From contig JAHHIM010000040.1 of assembly GCA_019358915.1 (NCBI GenBank), positions 1 to 35,633 of the forward strand: a stretch of 35,633 nt of DNA, read 5' to 3'. Below, one piece after another: positions 10,684-20,159 of the stretch (positions within the stretch are counted from its first letter, which is position 1; each line of letters begins with the position of its first letter). A model generated the notes under the pieces. It saw nothing but the letters and a program-made list of their open reading frames with translations, ran no database searches and was not told where the DNA came from. Source of the DNA: Trichormus sp. ATA11-4-KO1. Lineage in GTDB: Bacteria > Cyanobacteriota > Cyanobacteriia > Cyanobacteriales > Nostocaceae. Made by a program: the position numbers and the translations under genes.

Positions 10684-10770
10684 AGTCAGTGGTTTTTGGG
10701 GTCATTCCCCAGTTTAACAGTACTGACAAGTCTGCTGGTGTGAATTTTTAGTGTGTGGAATTGCCAGCAA

Positions 10771-10816
10771 CCTCTCTGTTGATAGAGGTTAGTAGATTTT
10801 CGTGACTTTATAAGTT
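10771..10816 (+). promoter_or_regulatory. Candidate palindromic activator site and -10 box upstream of the fasciclin gene
   Basis: CCTCTC-TGTT-GATAGA at 10771-10786 inside AACCTCT-N8-AGAGGTT; TAAGTT 24 nt downstream. Confidence 0.45.
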
Positions 10817-10840
10817 AAGTTAACAAATTAACTCAACCTT

Positions 10841-11260
10841 ATGGCTGATATTGTAGAAACTGCTGTCAATACAGGCAATTTCAATACTCTGCTCAAAGCA
10901 GCTGAAACTGCACAAGTTATAGACACTCTCAAAAGTTCTGGTACTTTTACAGTCTTTGCACCTACAGATGAGGCTTTTGCCCAATTACCAGAGGGTACTT
11001 TAGATTCATTACTGCAAGACATTCCCAAGCTGAAGAAAATATTGATGTATCATATCGCGTTTGGGGATGTCAGGTCTGATGACTTGGAGCAGATTGAAGA
11101 AGCGGGAACCCTTGAGGGTTCAGTGGTGGCGATTGATTTTCATCACGGTGTGATTAAGGTGAATGATGCCAATGTCTTAGAAACCGACATTCTCGCCGAT
11201 AATGGCGTAATTCACATAATTGATGCGGTGTTAATGCCAGCAATGGTAGCTGGGAAGTAA
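10841..11260 (+). CDS. Fasciclin (FAS1) domain protein
   Basis: FTVFAPTDEAF, ILMYH, DILADNGVIHIIDAVL. Confidence 0.94.
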   Translation: MADIVETAVNTGNFNTLLKAAETAQVIDTLKSSGTFTVFAPTDEAFAQLPEGTLDSLLQDIPKLKKILMYHIAFGDVRSDDLEQIEEAGTLEGSVVAIDFHHGVIKVNDANVLETDILADNGVIHIIDAVLMPAMVAGK

Positions 11261-11266
11261 GGATAT

Positions 11267-11413
11267 GGGGCGGAGGGGCGGAGGGCCGAGGGGCACAGGA
11301 GAAAAAACTTATGTATATTTAGGCAACTCCAAAAATTAAATTACCACTATCCGCATCCAAGACGACTATCAAATTCTTCTCCCCCTGCTCCCCTGCTCCC
11401 CTGCTCCCCTGCT
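11267..11413. repeat. Opposed 8-nt short tandem repeat arrays between convergent genes
   Basis: GGGGCGGA-like units at 11267-11302 and perfect (CCCCTGCT)x4 at 11382-11413. Confidence 0.75.
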
Positions 11414-11418
11414 CACCA

Positions 11419-12870
11419 CTAACCTACACCCAGAATGCAGCCAGTGCGTGGGGAAAGAGTCAACGAAAGCTGTTCACCATGCCATGCAAATTCCGCAGCG
11501 CCATATAAACACTTGTGGGGTTGAGTGTGTGAAGTTGCCACATCTAAATTTGCTGTTGTCGTTGCTGTACCAGCGTTAACGGCAATAATTAATTCTTCTG
11601 TCTTTAAAGTTCGCGTAAAAACATACAGTTCTCCCTGAGCGAAAAGAACTTGGTAATCGCCTGTACGCAAAGCGGGGTAATTGTGGCGAAGAGCAATTAA
11701 TTGGCGATGAATGTTGAGGATTTCCTGATGCCAATTAGCTTCTAAGGGAAAGCCACGTCGTGAGTCGGGATCTATTGCCCCAGGTAAGCCAACTTCGTCA
11801 CCATAATAAATACTAGGCGCACCAGGAAAGGTGAGTAATAGTAAAGTTGCTAATTCCACACTAGCTTGATCACCGCCAGCAATGGTAATTAATCGTGCTG
11901 TATCGTGACTTGCTAGTAAATTGAGTTGCGTTAGCTGAATTTCCCAAGGATAGAGTTGTAGTAGTTCTTGGATTTTGGTGGCGTACTCAGCAGCAAATAA
12001 GGGTGGGTAAGGTTGATAGTCGCGGGTTTGCACTTGTTCTAGAACTACGCGATCGCCTGCTGTAAAGGCTATTGTCGGCCCGGCAAATAAGTAATTCATC
12101 ACTCCATCAAATTGGGTACCATCCAGCCATTGACGCGAATCTCCCCACACTTCCCCCACAATATACGCTTCGGGATTAATGGCCTTGACGCGATCGCGAA
12201 ATTCTTGCCAAAAACCAGGTGTTTTAATTTCAAATGGCACATCCAATCGCCAACCATCAATGCCGAATTTCAGCCAATATTCGGCAATTTCCATAATGTA
12301 TTCCCGTACTTCGGGATTGTCATGGTTAAATACTGGCAAAGCTCGATTTCCTGCCCAACCCTCATAGTTGGCGGGTAACTCCCCGGTGTAAGGTGCAAGA
12401 GGCCAGTCTGAAATTTTGAACCAGTTCACCCAAGGGGAATGAGGGCCATTTTCTAAAATATCGTGGAAAAAGAAAAAGCCTCGACTTGCGTGGTTAAACA
12501 CTCCATCCAGCACAACTTTGATATTTCGTTGATGCGCTGCATCTAATAATTCTTGAAAAGCCTCATTACCCCCCAGCAATGGATCAACCTGATAATAATC
12601 GTGGGTGTGATAGCGGTGATTACTCGCCGACTGAAAGATAGGGGTGAAGTAAATAGCGTTAATTCCTAAATCCTGGATGTAGTCTAAGCCCTCGATAATG
12701 CCCCACAAATCGCCGCCTTTGTAACCTTGGAGTGTGGGTATAGCCTCCCAATCTTCCCAACGAGTGTCATGCAACAGCCGTTTGTGAGGCTGTTTACTTC
12801 TAGCAAAACGATCTGGAAATATTTGGTAAAAAACAGCGTGCTTCACCCAGTCTGGTGTTTGAATTTGCAT
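11419..12870 (-). CDS. GH13 alpha-amylase family glycosidase (neopullulanase/cyclomaltodextrinase-like)
   Basis: YQIFPDRF, LDGVFNH, DGWRLDV (nucleophile), IVGEVW, LASHDT, IYYGDEVG. Confidence 0.93.
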   Translation of the reverse strand: MQIQTPDWVKHAVFYQIFPDRFARSKQPHKRLLHDTRWEDWEAIPTLQGYKGGDLWGIIEGLDYIQDLGINAIYFTPIFQSASNHRYHTHDYYQVDPLLGGNEAFQELLDAAHQRNIKVVLDGVFNHASRGFFFFHDILENGPHSPWVNWFKISDWPLAPYTGELPANYEGWAGNRALPVFNHDNPEVREYIMEIAEYWLKFGIDGWRLDVPFEIKTPGFWQEFRDRVKAINPEAYIVGEVWGDSRQWLDGTQFDGVMNYLFAGPTIAFTAGDRVVLEQVQTRDYQPYPPLFAAEYATKIQELLQLYPWEIQLTQLNLLASHDTARLITIAGGDQASVELATLLLLTFPGAPSIYYGDEVGLPGAIDPDSRRGFPLEANWHQEILNIHRQLIALRHNYPALRTGDYQVLFAQGELYVFTRTLKTEELIIAVNAGTATTTANLDVATSHTQPHKCLYGAAEFAWHGEQLSLTLSPRTGCILGVG

Positions 12871-12897
12871 GAATTACTTTTTATGTCTTCAGGAGTG

Positions 12898-12942
12898 ATT
12901 GTGGCAAATACTCGCTGATTTGTGTCTCTCACTGATGATAGA
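12898..12942 (-). promoter_or_regulatory. Candidate palindromic activator site and -10-like box upstream of the GH13 gene
   Basis: Minus strand TCTATC-ATCA-GTGAGA (12942-12927), then CACAAT 23 nt downstream. Confidence 0.4.
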
Positions 12943-13201
12943 AAATCTCTCAAGTGTCATCAGTCATTAGTTAAGTTTATTAGTCATGATCTGGATTTTC
13001 TCCCGTTACTGAATATAAATATTATCAGTATAAACTAGTTATCTTATTACAGTATATCGTATAAATATATACTAATTATTTCTTTTGCTGATTACTTAAT
13101 ACTTCTTGATTTTTCTCTATTTAACTTTTTCCGTAATAACTCAGCTAGATACTGTATTCGTCAAGAGTATTTCTAAAAAAGCCGTTAAAATCGAGGTCAA
13201 A

Positions 13202-14929
13202 ATGAGACACGAAAAACTTTCTCCAGGGCTGCTATTAGCTTATGAAGACTATCAAAATGAGGGTGTGACAGCTTTAACCACCCACAGGCGATCGCTGGGT
13301 ATAATAGCACCTAAAAGTTCTATCAAACCAACCAAGAGCGTTGTTTTTATCTATTGCGACTCTGACGCAGACTTGAGTCATTTATCACAATACGGTATTG
13401 AAATCAATCAAAATTCAGGAACTGTGCGAACGGCTTTAGTACCGATAGAGGGTTTAGATCCCTTATCTGAAGAGCCTAACATCCAGCGTATCAAGCCATC
13501 ACGTAAACTGAAACTACGGATGGACGTTGCACCAGGAGCAGTAAAATTACCAGAATTTAAAAACAAAACTGGACTAACTGGCAAGGGAGTAATTATTGGC
13601 GTTCTCGACACCGGCATTGACGCCAAACACCCCGCCTTTGCCGGACGGATTTTCAGCGTTTGGGATCAAACACTACCTGGGCCAGGAGTCAAGGAAGGTG
13701 GCTATGGGGCTGAATTTACGGGAGTACAAATGACCATTTCGCAAGATACTGATGGTCATGGTACTCACGTTGCTGGTATTGCCTCCGGTGTTGATGCCAC
13801 TTATGCTGGTGTCGCACCAGAAGCAGACTTGATAATTATCAAATCTGATTTACAGGATGCCCACATTGCCGATGGTGTGCGCTACGTTTTCCGCATAGCC
13901 AGAGAATTGGGTCGCCCCGCAGTATTGAATCTCAGCTTGGGTGGACACGCAGATGCCCATGATGGTAGCGACTCCCTCTCCAAAATCATTGATGCGGAAT
14001 CCGGGCCGGGAAGAATTGTTTGCTGTGCTGCGGGTAATGAAGGGAACGACAATATTCACGGTCAAGCGACGATAACTTGCGGAAAAACTCATGGAATGCG
14101 CTTCAATGTGCCTCATCATCAAGTAGGTATAGTCTGGTTAAACGCTTGGTATTCCAGTAATAGTAAGTTAGAAGTGTCGGTACGCAGTCCCAACGGTTTC
14201 GTCACCCCTTTTCAAAAAATCATTACTCACGGTAATCCCGCCCAAAATTACAATTTGCCGGATGCACACGTAGAAATTGTCACACCAGGCCCTGACCCCA
14301 GCAATGGCGACTATAATTTCTTCGTACAAATTCGTGGTAAAGGAAATAACCGAGTCCAAGGAGGTATTTGGCAGTTACAGGTACGTAATACTTCCGCAGC
14401 TAACACGCTATTAGATGTATGGACACTCGATGATGCGTCGTCAGTATTTTTCACAGGTGAAAGCGTGCAGGATTCAGTGAAAATTGGGTCACCAGGGGCT
14501 GCCAGCAGAGCAGTTACAGTTGCCGCTTATACTACTAAAGCTAAGTACACAGATATCGATGGTCAGGCGCGAGAAATGGGCTTAGAATTGAATACCATTT
14601 CTGGATTCAGTAGTGAAGGGCCTCTACGGAATAATGCCGCCAAACCAGATGTTGCAGCACCGGGAGCAATGATTGTTGCTGCACTTTCTGCCAATGCAAA
14701 TTTTGATCGCTCAATGATCATTAATTCTAAGTTTACGGCGATGGCTGGTACGAGTATGGCCACACCTTTCGTGACTGGGTTAGTAGCACTGCTGTTGCAG
14801 CGTGACCCCAAGCTTGACCCAAATGCAGTCAAAGACTTACTACGCGCCAATAGTTCTATCCCCGGAAAACCTTCGGGAACCTTCGACAAAAAATGGGGTT
14901 TTGGACTGATTAATGTAGCCAATCTGTAA
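13202..14929 (+). CDS. S8 (subtilisin-like) serine protease with N-terminal prodomain and inserted beta-rich domain
   Basis: Triad VLDTG / HGTHVAG / GTSMATP; oxyanion AAGNEG; ~150-aa insertion between AAGN and the SPG..VTVAA motif. ATG at 13202 preferred over TTG at 13106; no obvious signal peptide. Confidence 0.93.
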   Translation: MRHEKLSPGLLLAYEDYQNEGVTALTTHRRSLGIIAPKSSIKPTKSVVFIYCDSDADLSHLSQYGIEINQNSGTVRTALVPIEGLDPLSEEPNIQRIKPSRKLKLRMDVAPGAVKLPEFKNKTGLTGKGVIIGVLDTGIDAKHPAFAGRIFSVWDQTLPGPGVKEGGYGAEFTGVQMTISQDTDGHGTHVAGIASGVDATYAGVAPEADLIIIKSDLQDAHIADGVRYVFRIARELGRPAVLNLSLGGHADAHDGSDSLSKIIDAESGPGRIVCCAAGNEGNDNIHGQATITCGKTHGMRFNVPHHQVGIVWLNAWYSSNSKLEVSVRSPNGFVTPFQKIITHGNPAQNYNLPDAHVEIVTPGPDPSNGDYNFFVQIRGKGNNRVQGGIWQLQVRNTSAANTLLDVWTLDDASSVFFTGESVQDSVKIGSPGAASRAVTVAAYTTKAKYTDIDGQAREMGLELNTISGFSSEGPLRNNAAKPDVAAPGAMIVAALSANANFDRSMIINSKFTAMAGTSMATPFVTGLVALLLQRDPKLDPNAVKDLLRANSSIPGKPSGTFDKKWGFGLINVANL

Positions 14930-15084
14930 ATGGGTGTGGGAGGAAGAGGCAGAGGTGCAGGGGGGAAGTTTCTTCCCTATTCCCCATAACTATGTATAAA
15001 GATAGGTAAGGACAACGTAGAAATTTGATAGTTTGGTTGTAGGGTGAAACGATGCCTGCCCTTTTTACCAAGGAATTGCTACTT

Positions 15085-15384
15085 ATGAATTATCAAAAGC
15101 TAGATGCTCCCCTGGCTGTAGCTCTGAATGATGCTCAAAATTCAGAAGAACAGAGTTTGAATATTTTTATTCATACCGAACCAATTGATGACTCTAATGC
15201 AACTACGGTTTTAGAGAGCTTGGGTGTCACAGATGTCACACCTGGAAGGTATGTATTTACGGCAACTCTTTCGCCGAATGCTATTTCCCAGTTGTCGGAG
15301 CAATCTTGGGTAAAGCATCTGAGGCTGTCGCAAAAATTGCATTTGGTTAATCAGCGAAAAAGTATGGGCGGTTTGAGAATTTGA
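15085..15384 (+). CDS. Stand-alone homolog of the adjacent S8 protease prodomain (candidate inhibitor/chaperone)
   Basis: AAGGA RBS before ATG 15085. Aligns to the protease N-terminal ~105 aa: 8/19 identities at the N-terminus and 12/46 ungapped at the C-terminus. Confidence 0.75.
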   Translation: MNYQKLDAPLAVALNDAQNSEEQSLNIFIHTEPIDDSNATTVLESLGVTDVTPGRYVFTATLSPNAISQLSEQSWVKHLRLSQKLHLVNQRKSMGGLRI

Positions 15385-15520
15385 AAAGATTTAAGGACTC
15401 TGAGAAATTCTGGGTGTAGTGTCGGCAAATGTGTCCAAAATTACTTGTAGTTAACTTCAGTAGAGAACTAGTGAGTAAGTGCTGAATCATGGCGGTGTCG
15501 CGATCGCTGTAACTTTTTTA

Positions 15521-15534
15521 GTAGTATTTGATAC
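15521..15534. promoter_or_regulatory. Possible NtcA site upstream of glgC
   Basis: GTA-GTATTTGA-TAC(A) fits GTA-N8-TAC, but there is no TAN3T box at the canonical 22-nt spacing. Confidence 0.3.
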
Positions 15535-15673
15535 AAATTTTGGTAGTGGATTTATTCATCACTTATAGAACTCTGTAAACTTGACTAATTATAATCTGCG
15601 ATTCCCCCTTACCAGCAGTCTCAGACAGTCCTAAACTTAAGGTGAGAGTTGAAAGGCAGTCGGGAGAAATTTT

Positions 15674-16963
15674 GTGAAAAAAGTATTAGCAATCATTCTC
15701 GGTGGTGGCGCGGGCACTCGCCTTTATCCGCTAACCAAATTACGTGCTAAACCAGCAGTACCAGTGGCAGGAAAGTACCGCTTAATAGATATTCCTGTCA
15801 GTAATTGCATTAATTCAGAGATATACAAAATCTATGTCCTGACACAATTTAACTCAGCGTCCCTGAATCGCCACATAGCACGTACCTACAACTTTACTGG
15901 TTTCAACGAGGGCTTTGTAGAAGTGCTAGCAGCACAGCAAACGCCAGAAAACCCCAATTGGTTCCAAGGTACAGCTGATGCTGTGCGTCAATATTTATGG
16001 CTATTGGAAGAATGGGATGCAAATGAGTATTTGATTCTGTCAGGGGATCACCTCTACCGTATGGATTACCGCCAGTTTATCCAACGCCATCGGGAAACGG
16101 GTGCGGATATTACTCTTTCGGTGATTCCCATTGATCAACGCCGGGCTTCTGACTTTGGTTTAATGAAAATAGACCAGTCTGGTAGGGTAATTGACTTTAG
16201 TGAAAAACCCAAAGGCGAAGCTTTAGAGCAGATGCGGGTTGATACTACTGTACTGGGATTGACACCAGAACAGGCGCAACTACAGCCCTACATTGCTTCG
16301 ATGGGAATCTATGTCTTTAAAAAAGAAGTTTTGTTCAAGTTGTTGAAAGAATCTTTAGACAGCACTGATTTTGGGAAAGAAATTATTCCTGATGCTGGCA
16401 AAGATTACAATGTCCAAGCCTATTTGTTTGATGATTACTGGGAAGACATTGGGACAATCGAAGCATTTTATCACGCAAACTTAGCATTAACTAAACAACC
16501 TTTACCACCCTTTAGCTTCTACGATGAAGAAGCACCAATTTACACTCGCGCTCGTTACTTACCACCAAGTAAACTTTTAAGTTGCCAGGTAACAGAATCA
16601 ATTATTGGCGAGGGCTGCATTTTAAAAAATTGCCGCATTCAGCATTCAGTTTTGGGAGTGCGATCGCGGGTTGAATCTGGCTGTGTAATAGAAGAATCTC
16701 TGATCATGGGAGCAGACTTTTATCAACCTTTTGTCGAGCGCCAATGTAGCCTAGAAAAAGGTGATATTCCTGTAGGTATTGGTACGGATACAATTATTCG
16801 GGGGGCGATCGTCGATAAGAATGCCCGCATCGGCCATGATGTGAAAATTATCAACAAAGATAACGTGCAAGAAGCAGAACGCGAAAATCAAGGCTTCTAC
16901 ATTCGCAGTGGCATTGTCGTAGTGCTGAAAAATGCTGTAATTCCCGATGGAACCATAATTTAA
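15674..16963 (+). CDS. glgC: Glucose-1-phosphate adenylyltransferase (ADP-glucose pyrophosphorylase)
   Basis: [57 protein letters not shown] start. Confidence 0.98.
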   Translation: MKKVLAIILGGGAGTRLYPLTKLRAKPAVPVAGKYRLIDIPVSNCINSEIYKIYVLTQFNSASLNRHIARTYNFTGFNEGFVEVLAAQQTPENPNWFQGTADAVRQYLWLLEEWDANEYLILSGDHLYRMDYRQFIQRHRETGADITLSVIPIDQRRASDFGLMKIDQSGRVIDFSEKPKGEALEQMRVDTTVLGLTPEQAQLQPYIASMGIYVFKKEVLFKLLKESLDSTDFGKEIIPDAGKDYNVQAYLFDDYWEDIGTIEAFYHANLALTKQPLPPFSFYDEEAPIYTRARYLPPSKLLSCQVTESIIGEGCILKNCRIQHSVLGVRSRVESGCVIEESLIMGADFYQPFVERQCSLEKGDIPVGIGTDTIIRGAIVDKNARIGHDVKIINKDNVQEAERENQGFYIRSGIVVVLKNAVIPDGTII

Positions 16964-16989
16964 AAATGCTGAGTGCTAAGTCATAAATC

Positions 16990-17583
16990 ATGAGTAATCA
17001 AGACATTTACTCTTCACTTTTAACTTCCCACTCAGCACTCAGCACTCCCCTTCGACTTCGCTCAGGACAAGCGCACTCAGCACTATTTTTACTAATTGGT
17101 CTTCCTGGTAGTGGTAAATCAACTTTGGCACAACAATTAGTCAGAGAATGCCCCCAAATGCAACTAATTTCTACAGATGCCATTCGGGGGCAACTTTTTG
17201 GTTCAGAAGCAATTCAGGGTCCGTGGCTACTGATTTGGCAAGAAATAGAACGGCAATTTCAACAAGCGATCGCCACAAATAAAATAACAATTTTTGATGC
17301 CACCAACGCCCAAAGACGCCAGCGCCGGGAAATTATCGCCTTAGCTCGCGAGGTAGGTTTTATCCGCATTACAGGGTTATGGGTGAGAACGCCTGTGTGG
17401 CTATGCTTAGCACGTAATCAACAGCGTCAGCGCCAAGTTCCTCCAGATGTCATCTGGCGAATGCACCGCCAACTCCGGGATGCTCCCCCCAGCCTAGAAG
17501 AAGGAATAGACCACCTAATTTGCTTTCCCCAAAGGAGCGAGTACGGGAATTGCGCTGGTGCGGTGAGCGGGAACCACACTTGA
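16990..17583 (+). CDS. AAA_33-type P-loop kinase/ATPase with a repeat-derived N-terminal extension
   Basis: LLIGLPGSGKST, ISTDAIR, IFDATN, CLARNQQRQRQVP; residues ~13-32 are encoded by repeat DNA. Confidence 0.85.
   Translation: MSNQDIYSSLLTSHSALSTPLRLRSGQAHSALFLLIGLPGSGKSTLAQQLVRECPQMQLISTDAIRGQLFGSEAIQGPWLLIWQEIERQFQQAIATNKITIFDATNAQRRQRREIIALAREVGFIRITGLWVRTPVWLCLARNQQRQRQVPPDVIWRMHRQLRDAPPSLEEGIDHLICFPQRSEYGNCAGAVSGNHT
17037..17084 (+). repeat. Small dispersed repeat: 24-nt core inside a CACTCAG heptamer array (copy 1)
   Basis: ACTCAGCACTC-CCCTTCGACTTCGCTCAGGACAAG-CGCACTCAGCACT; 47/48 identical to the reverse complement of 34292-34339. Confidence 0.88.
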
Positions 17584-17703
17584 TGTTTGGTAATGTCTGT
17601 TAATTTAAAATCAGAGTTTTTTTGCTTGGTATTATACCCGGCAAAAAACAAACCTCACATTTTACGAAAAAAGATAACGAAAATTTTTATAGGAGGCTGG
17701 TAG

Positions 17704-18699
17704 ATGGCTGCAACCGACTTTAAAGACTATTACGCAATTTTGGGAATCAGTAAAACTGCCAGTCAAGAAGAAATTAAGCAAGCTTTTCGTAAACAGGCTC
17801 GCAAGTATCACCCTGATGTCAACCCAGGCAATAAACAGGCAGAAGCCAAGTTTAAAGAGGTTAATGAAGCCTACGAAGTTTTGTCAGATACCGACAAACG
17901 CAAAAAGTACGACCAATTCGGTCAATACTGGAAACAAGTTGGCGAAGGGTTCCCATCTGGTGGTGCGGGTGTGGATATGGGCGGCTTTGACTTCAGTCAA
18001 TACGGCAGTTTTGATGAGTTCGTTAATGAGTTATTAGGGCGCTTTGGTGGTGCTAGTCCTCGTGGTGGGCGGCAAAGTTACTCTTATCGCACTTCCACAG
18101 CTAGACCAGGTAGTTATGGCGGCTTTAATGATTTTGGTTTTCAAGATGTAGGTACAGGTGCTGTCCAAGATACAGAAGCTGCGATCGCCTTAACTTTGGC
18201 AGAGGCGTTTGCTGGTGTCCAAAAGCGCTTCAGTTTAGGTAATGAAACCATTGAAGTGCGCATCCCTTCTGGGGCGAAAACTGGTACTCGTTTGCGGGTG
18301 CGGGGTAAAGGTCAATTTAACCCCATGACTCAACAACGGGGTGATTTATATTTAAAGGTTGAACTTCAGCCACATTCATTCTTCCAATTTGAAGGTGATA
18401 ATCTGGTCTGCGAAGTGCCCATCACTCCAGATGAAGCCACCTTAGGAGCATCGATTGATGTTCCTACCCCCGATGGCTCAGTGAACGTGAAGTTACCTGC
18501 GGGAGTACGTTCTGGTCAATCCCTACGGTTACGGGGCAAAGGCTGGCCTTTAGCCAAAGGTGGACGTAGCGATCAGTTGGTGAAAGTGGCGATCGTGCCA
18601 CCCAAAGACCTGAGCCAACAAGAGCGGGAATATTATGAAAAAATTCGAGCTATACGTACTTATAATCCCCGCAGTCATTTACAGCAGTTTAAACTTTAG
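17704..18699 (+). CDS. Type II J-domain protein (DnaJ/CbpA-like, no zinc finger)
   Basis: DYYAILG...KYHPDVN J domain, G/F-rich linker, DnaJ C-terminal LRLRGKG motifs; RBS AGGAGG. Confidence 0.92.
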   Translation: MAATDFKDYYAILGISKTASQEEIKQAFRKQARKYHPDVNPGNKQAEAKFKEVNEAYEVLSDTDKRKKYDQFGQYWKQVGEGFPSGGAGVDMGGFDFSQYGSFDEFVNELLGRFGGASPRGGRQSYSYRTSTARPGSYGGFNDFGFQDVGTGAVQDTEAAIALTLAEAFAGVQKRFSLGNETIEVRIPSGAKTGTRLRVRGKGQFNPMTQQRGDLYLKVELQPHSFFQFEGDNLVCEVPITPDEATLGASIDVPTPDGSVNVKLPAGVRSGQSLRLRGKGWPLAKGGRSDQLVKVAIVPPKDLSQQEREYYEKIRAIRTYNPRSHLQQFKL

Positions 18700-18704
18700 A
18701 AGTT

Positions 18705-18731
18705 AAAGACGTTCCGATGGAACGTCTTTTT
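18705..18731 (+). terminator. Rho-independent terminator after the DnaJ-class gene
   Basis: AAAGACGTTCC-gat-GGAACGTCTTT-TT, starting 6 nt after the stop codon. Confidence 0.75.
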
Positions 18732-18843
18732 GATTTGCAATACCATCACTTAGATCGTTTGTTAATTAAGAATTAAGTAAGTCGGTGAGAAAAAATCAAA
18801 CTATGTGTTTTGCAATGTAAAATGATTTAATTCATTTCGTAGT

Positions 18844-18889
18844 GTAGTAAGGGCTGAAGCCCTTTTATTAGGACTAAAGTCCTTACTAC
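18844..18889. repeat. REP-like double-hairpin palindrome
   Basis: GTAGTA-AGGGCTGAAGCCCT-tttatt-AGGACTAAAGTCCT-TACTAC; two internal hairpins closed by an outer stem. Confidence 0.7.
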
Positions 18890-18913
18890 AAACTTTGAAT
18901 TATTTATGTGGTT

Positions 18914-19858
18914 CTACTTACATCGAGAGACAAGGGCAACCCATTCGTTTAATCGTTCACCATCGATCACCTCAAATCCTGCTTCAGTTAAAGCTGTGGT
19001 CACATTTTCTTCATGATCAGTAGTAAACCCGGCTGTAATTAGCAGTCCCGTTTGTGGTTCATTCTGACGCAGCGCCTGCCGGAAGTCATCAGCAAGGGCA
19101 ATGTGTACCCGCGCTAAGATATTGGCAACTATCAGGTCAAATGTATTTTTCGCCTCAATTTTTGGCACAGTGTTGATTGTATCTCCACCCAGCCAATGCC
19201 CCAGATCACTGCCACATCCCAGGCTACCTTGCATTACCTGTACTTGCTGCTCTACAGCATTAAAACATACAGCTTCCTGAGTTGCTTGGACAGCAACGCT
19301 ATCATTATCTAGTGCTAAGACATTAGCCCCCAGTTTTGCCATTGCCACACTCAAGATCCCCGAACCTGAGCCAAAGTCCAATACCTGCATATGAGGGACA
19401 ATGTACCGTTCTAGCAGTTGGAGACTAACAATGGTTGCTGGATGTAACCCACTACCAAAAGCGAGAGTTTTTTTGAGTTTTAAAATAATGTTATCTGCTA
19501 TTTCAGATTGATTGGGTGTATCAGAATTAACTACAACAAATCGTTTCCCAATGCGATGCACCAGTGGCTGCAACGTATCTGTATTTTTTTCTGCCACCAC
19601 AGAAGTCTGAATAGCTGATGTCAATCCAGTACGCTGTAAAGGTGACAACAGATTGACAATTTTTTCTACACGTGTCCGCGAACTGACATCGTAGGGTAAA
19701 TATAAGCAAATCGTAAATGTCCAAACGGAATTAGTTGCATTTGGTTCACTATATTCCGTAATGTAAACATCATTAATATCAATAGTCTCAGCTAGTAGCG
19801 TACAAACCCAATCAACAGCCTCATGGGTTGTATCGAGACTTAATTCTATCCAAGACAT
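18914..19858 (-). CDS. PrmA-like class I SAM methyltransferase (probable divergent paralog)
   Basis: AFGSGLHPAT, VLDFGSGSGILS, DLIVANIL, EWVAL. Confidence 0.82.
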   Translation of the reverse strand: MSWIELSLDTTHEAVDWVCTLLAETIDINDVYITEYSEPNATNSVWTFTICLYLPYDVSSRTRVEKIVNLLSPLQRTGLTSAIQTSVVAEKNTDTLQPLVHRIGKRFVVVNSDTPNQSEIADNIILKLKKTLAFGSGLHPATIVSLQLLERYIVPHMQVLDFGSGSGILSVAMAKLGANVLALDNDSVAVQATQEAVCFNAVEQQVQVMQGSLGCGSDLGHWLGGDTINTVPKIEAKNTFDLIVANILARVHIALADDFRQALRQNEPQTGLLITAGFTTDHEENVTTALTEAGFEVIDGERLNEWVALVSRCK

Positions 19859-19874
19859 ATTCTTTTGCCAATTT

Positions 19875-20159
19875 TTATGTTTTCAATAGGCCTGTGCGAC
19901 GACTAGCCCACCAAGCAAATCCAGCACCAGTTACAAACATGAGTAGACTGTAAATTGCCGCCGGAATAGCCATTGTGGGTGTGTTGAGTAGTGTAGGTGT
20001 AGAAGCGATCGCAATTGCCAAAGTCCCATTTTGAATTCCCACTTTGGGATAGATTAAAACCCGTTTGAAGTCTTCTAGGGTCAAGGTAAACCCCATGCCC
20101 AACATGATAATAAACAGAGCTAGGGGCAGAAAAACAGCTGTCAGAAAATTTGCTTCCAT
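19875..20159 (-). pseudogene. Bile acid:sodium symporter (SBF/BASS) remnant with large in-frame internal deletion
   Basis: N-terminal IMLGMGFTLTLEDFKRVLIYPK is joined directly to the C-terminal (E)VGIQNGTLAIAIA...AIPAAIYSL; 94 aa versus ~300 aa for the family. Confidence 0.8.

Noticed and set aside
13106..13201. Extended TTG start giving the S8 protease a hydrophobic N-terminus
   Set aside because: AT-rich, promoter-like DNA. Homology with the stand-alone prodomain begins at the ATG at 13202, which has a GAGG RBS.
11419..16963. GH13 amylase and glgC as a glycogen operon
   Set aside because: They are on opposite strands and separated by the protease pair; proximity alone is not evidence.
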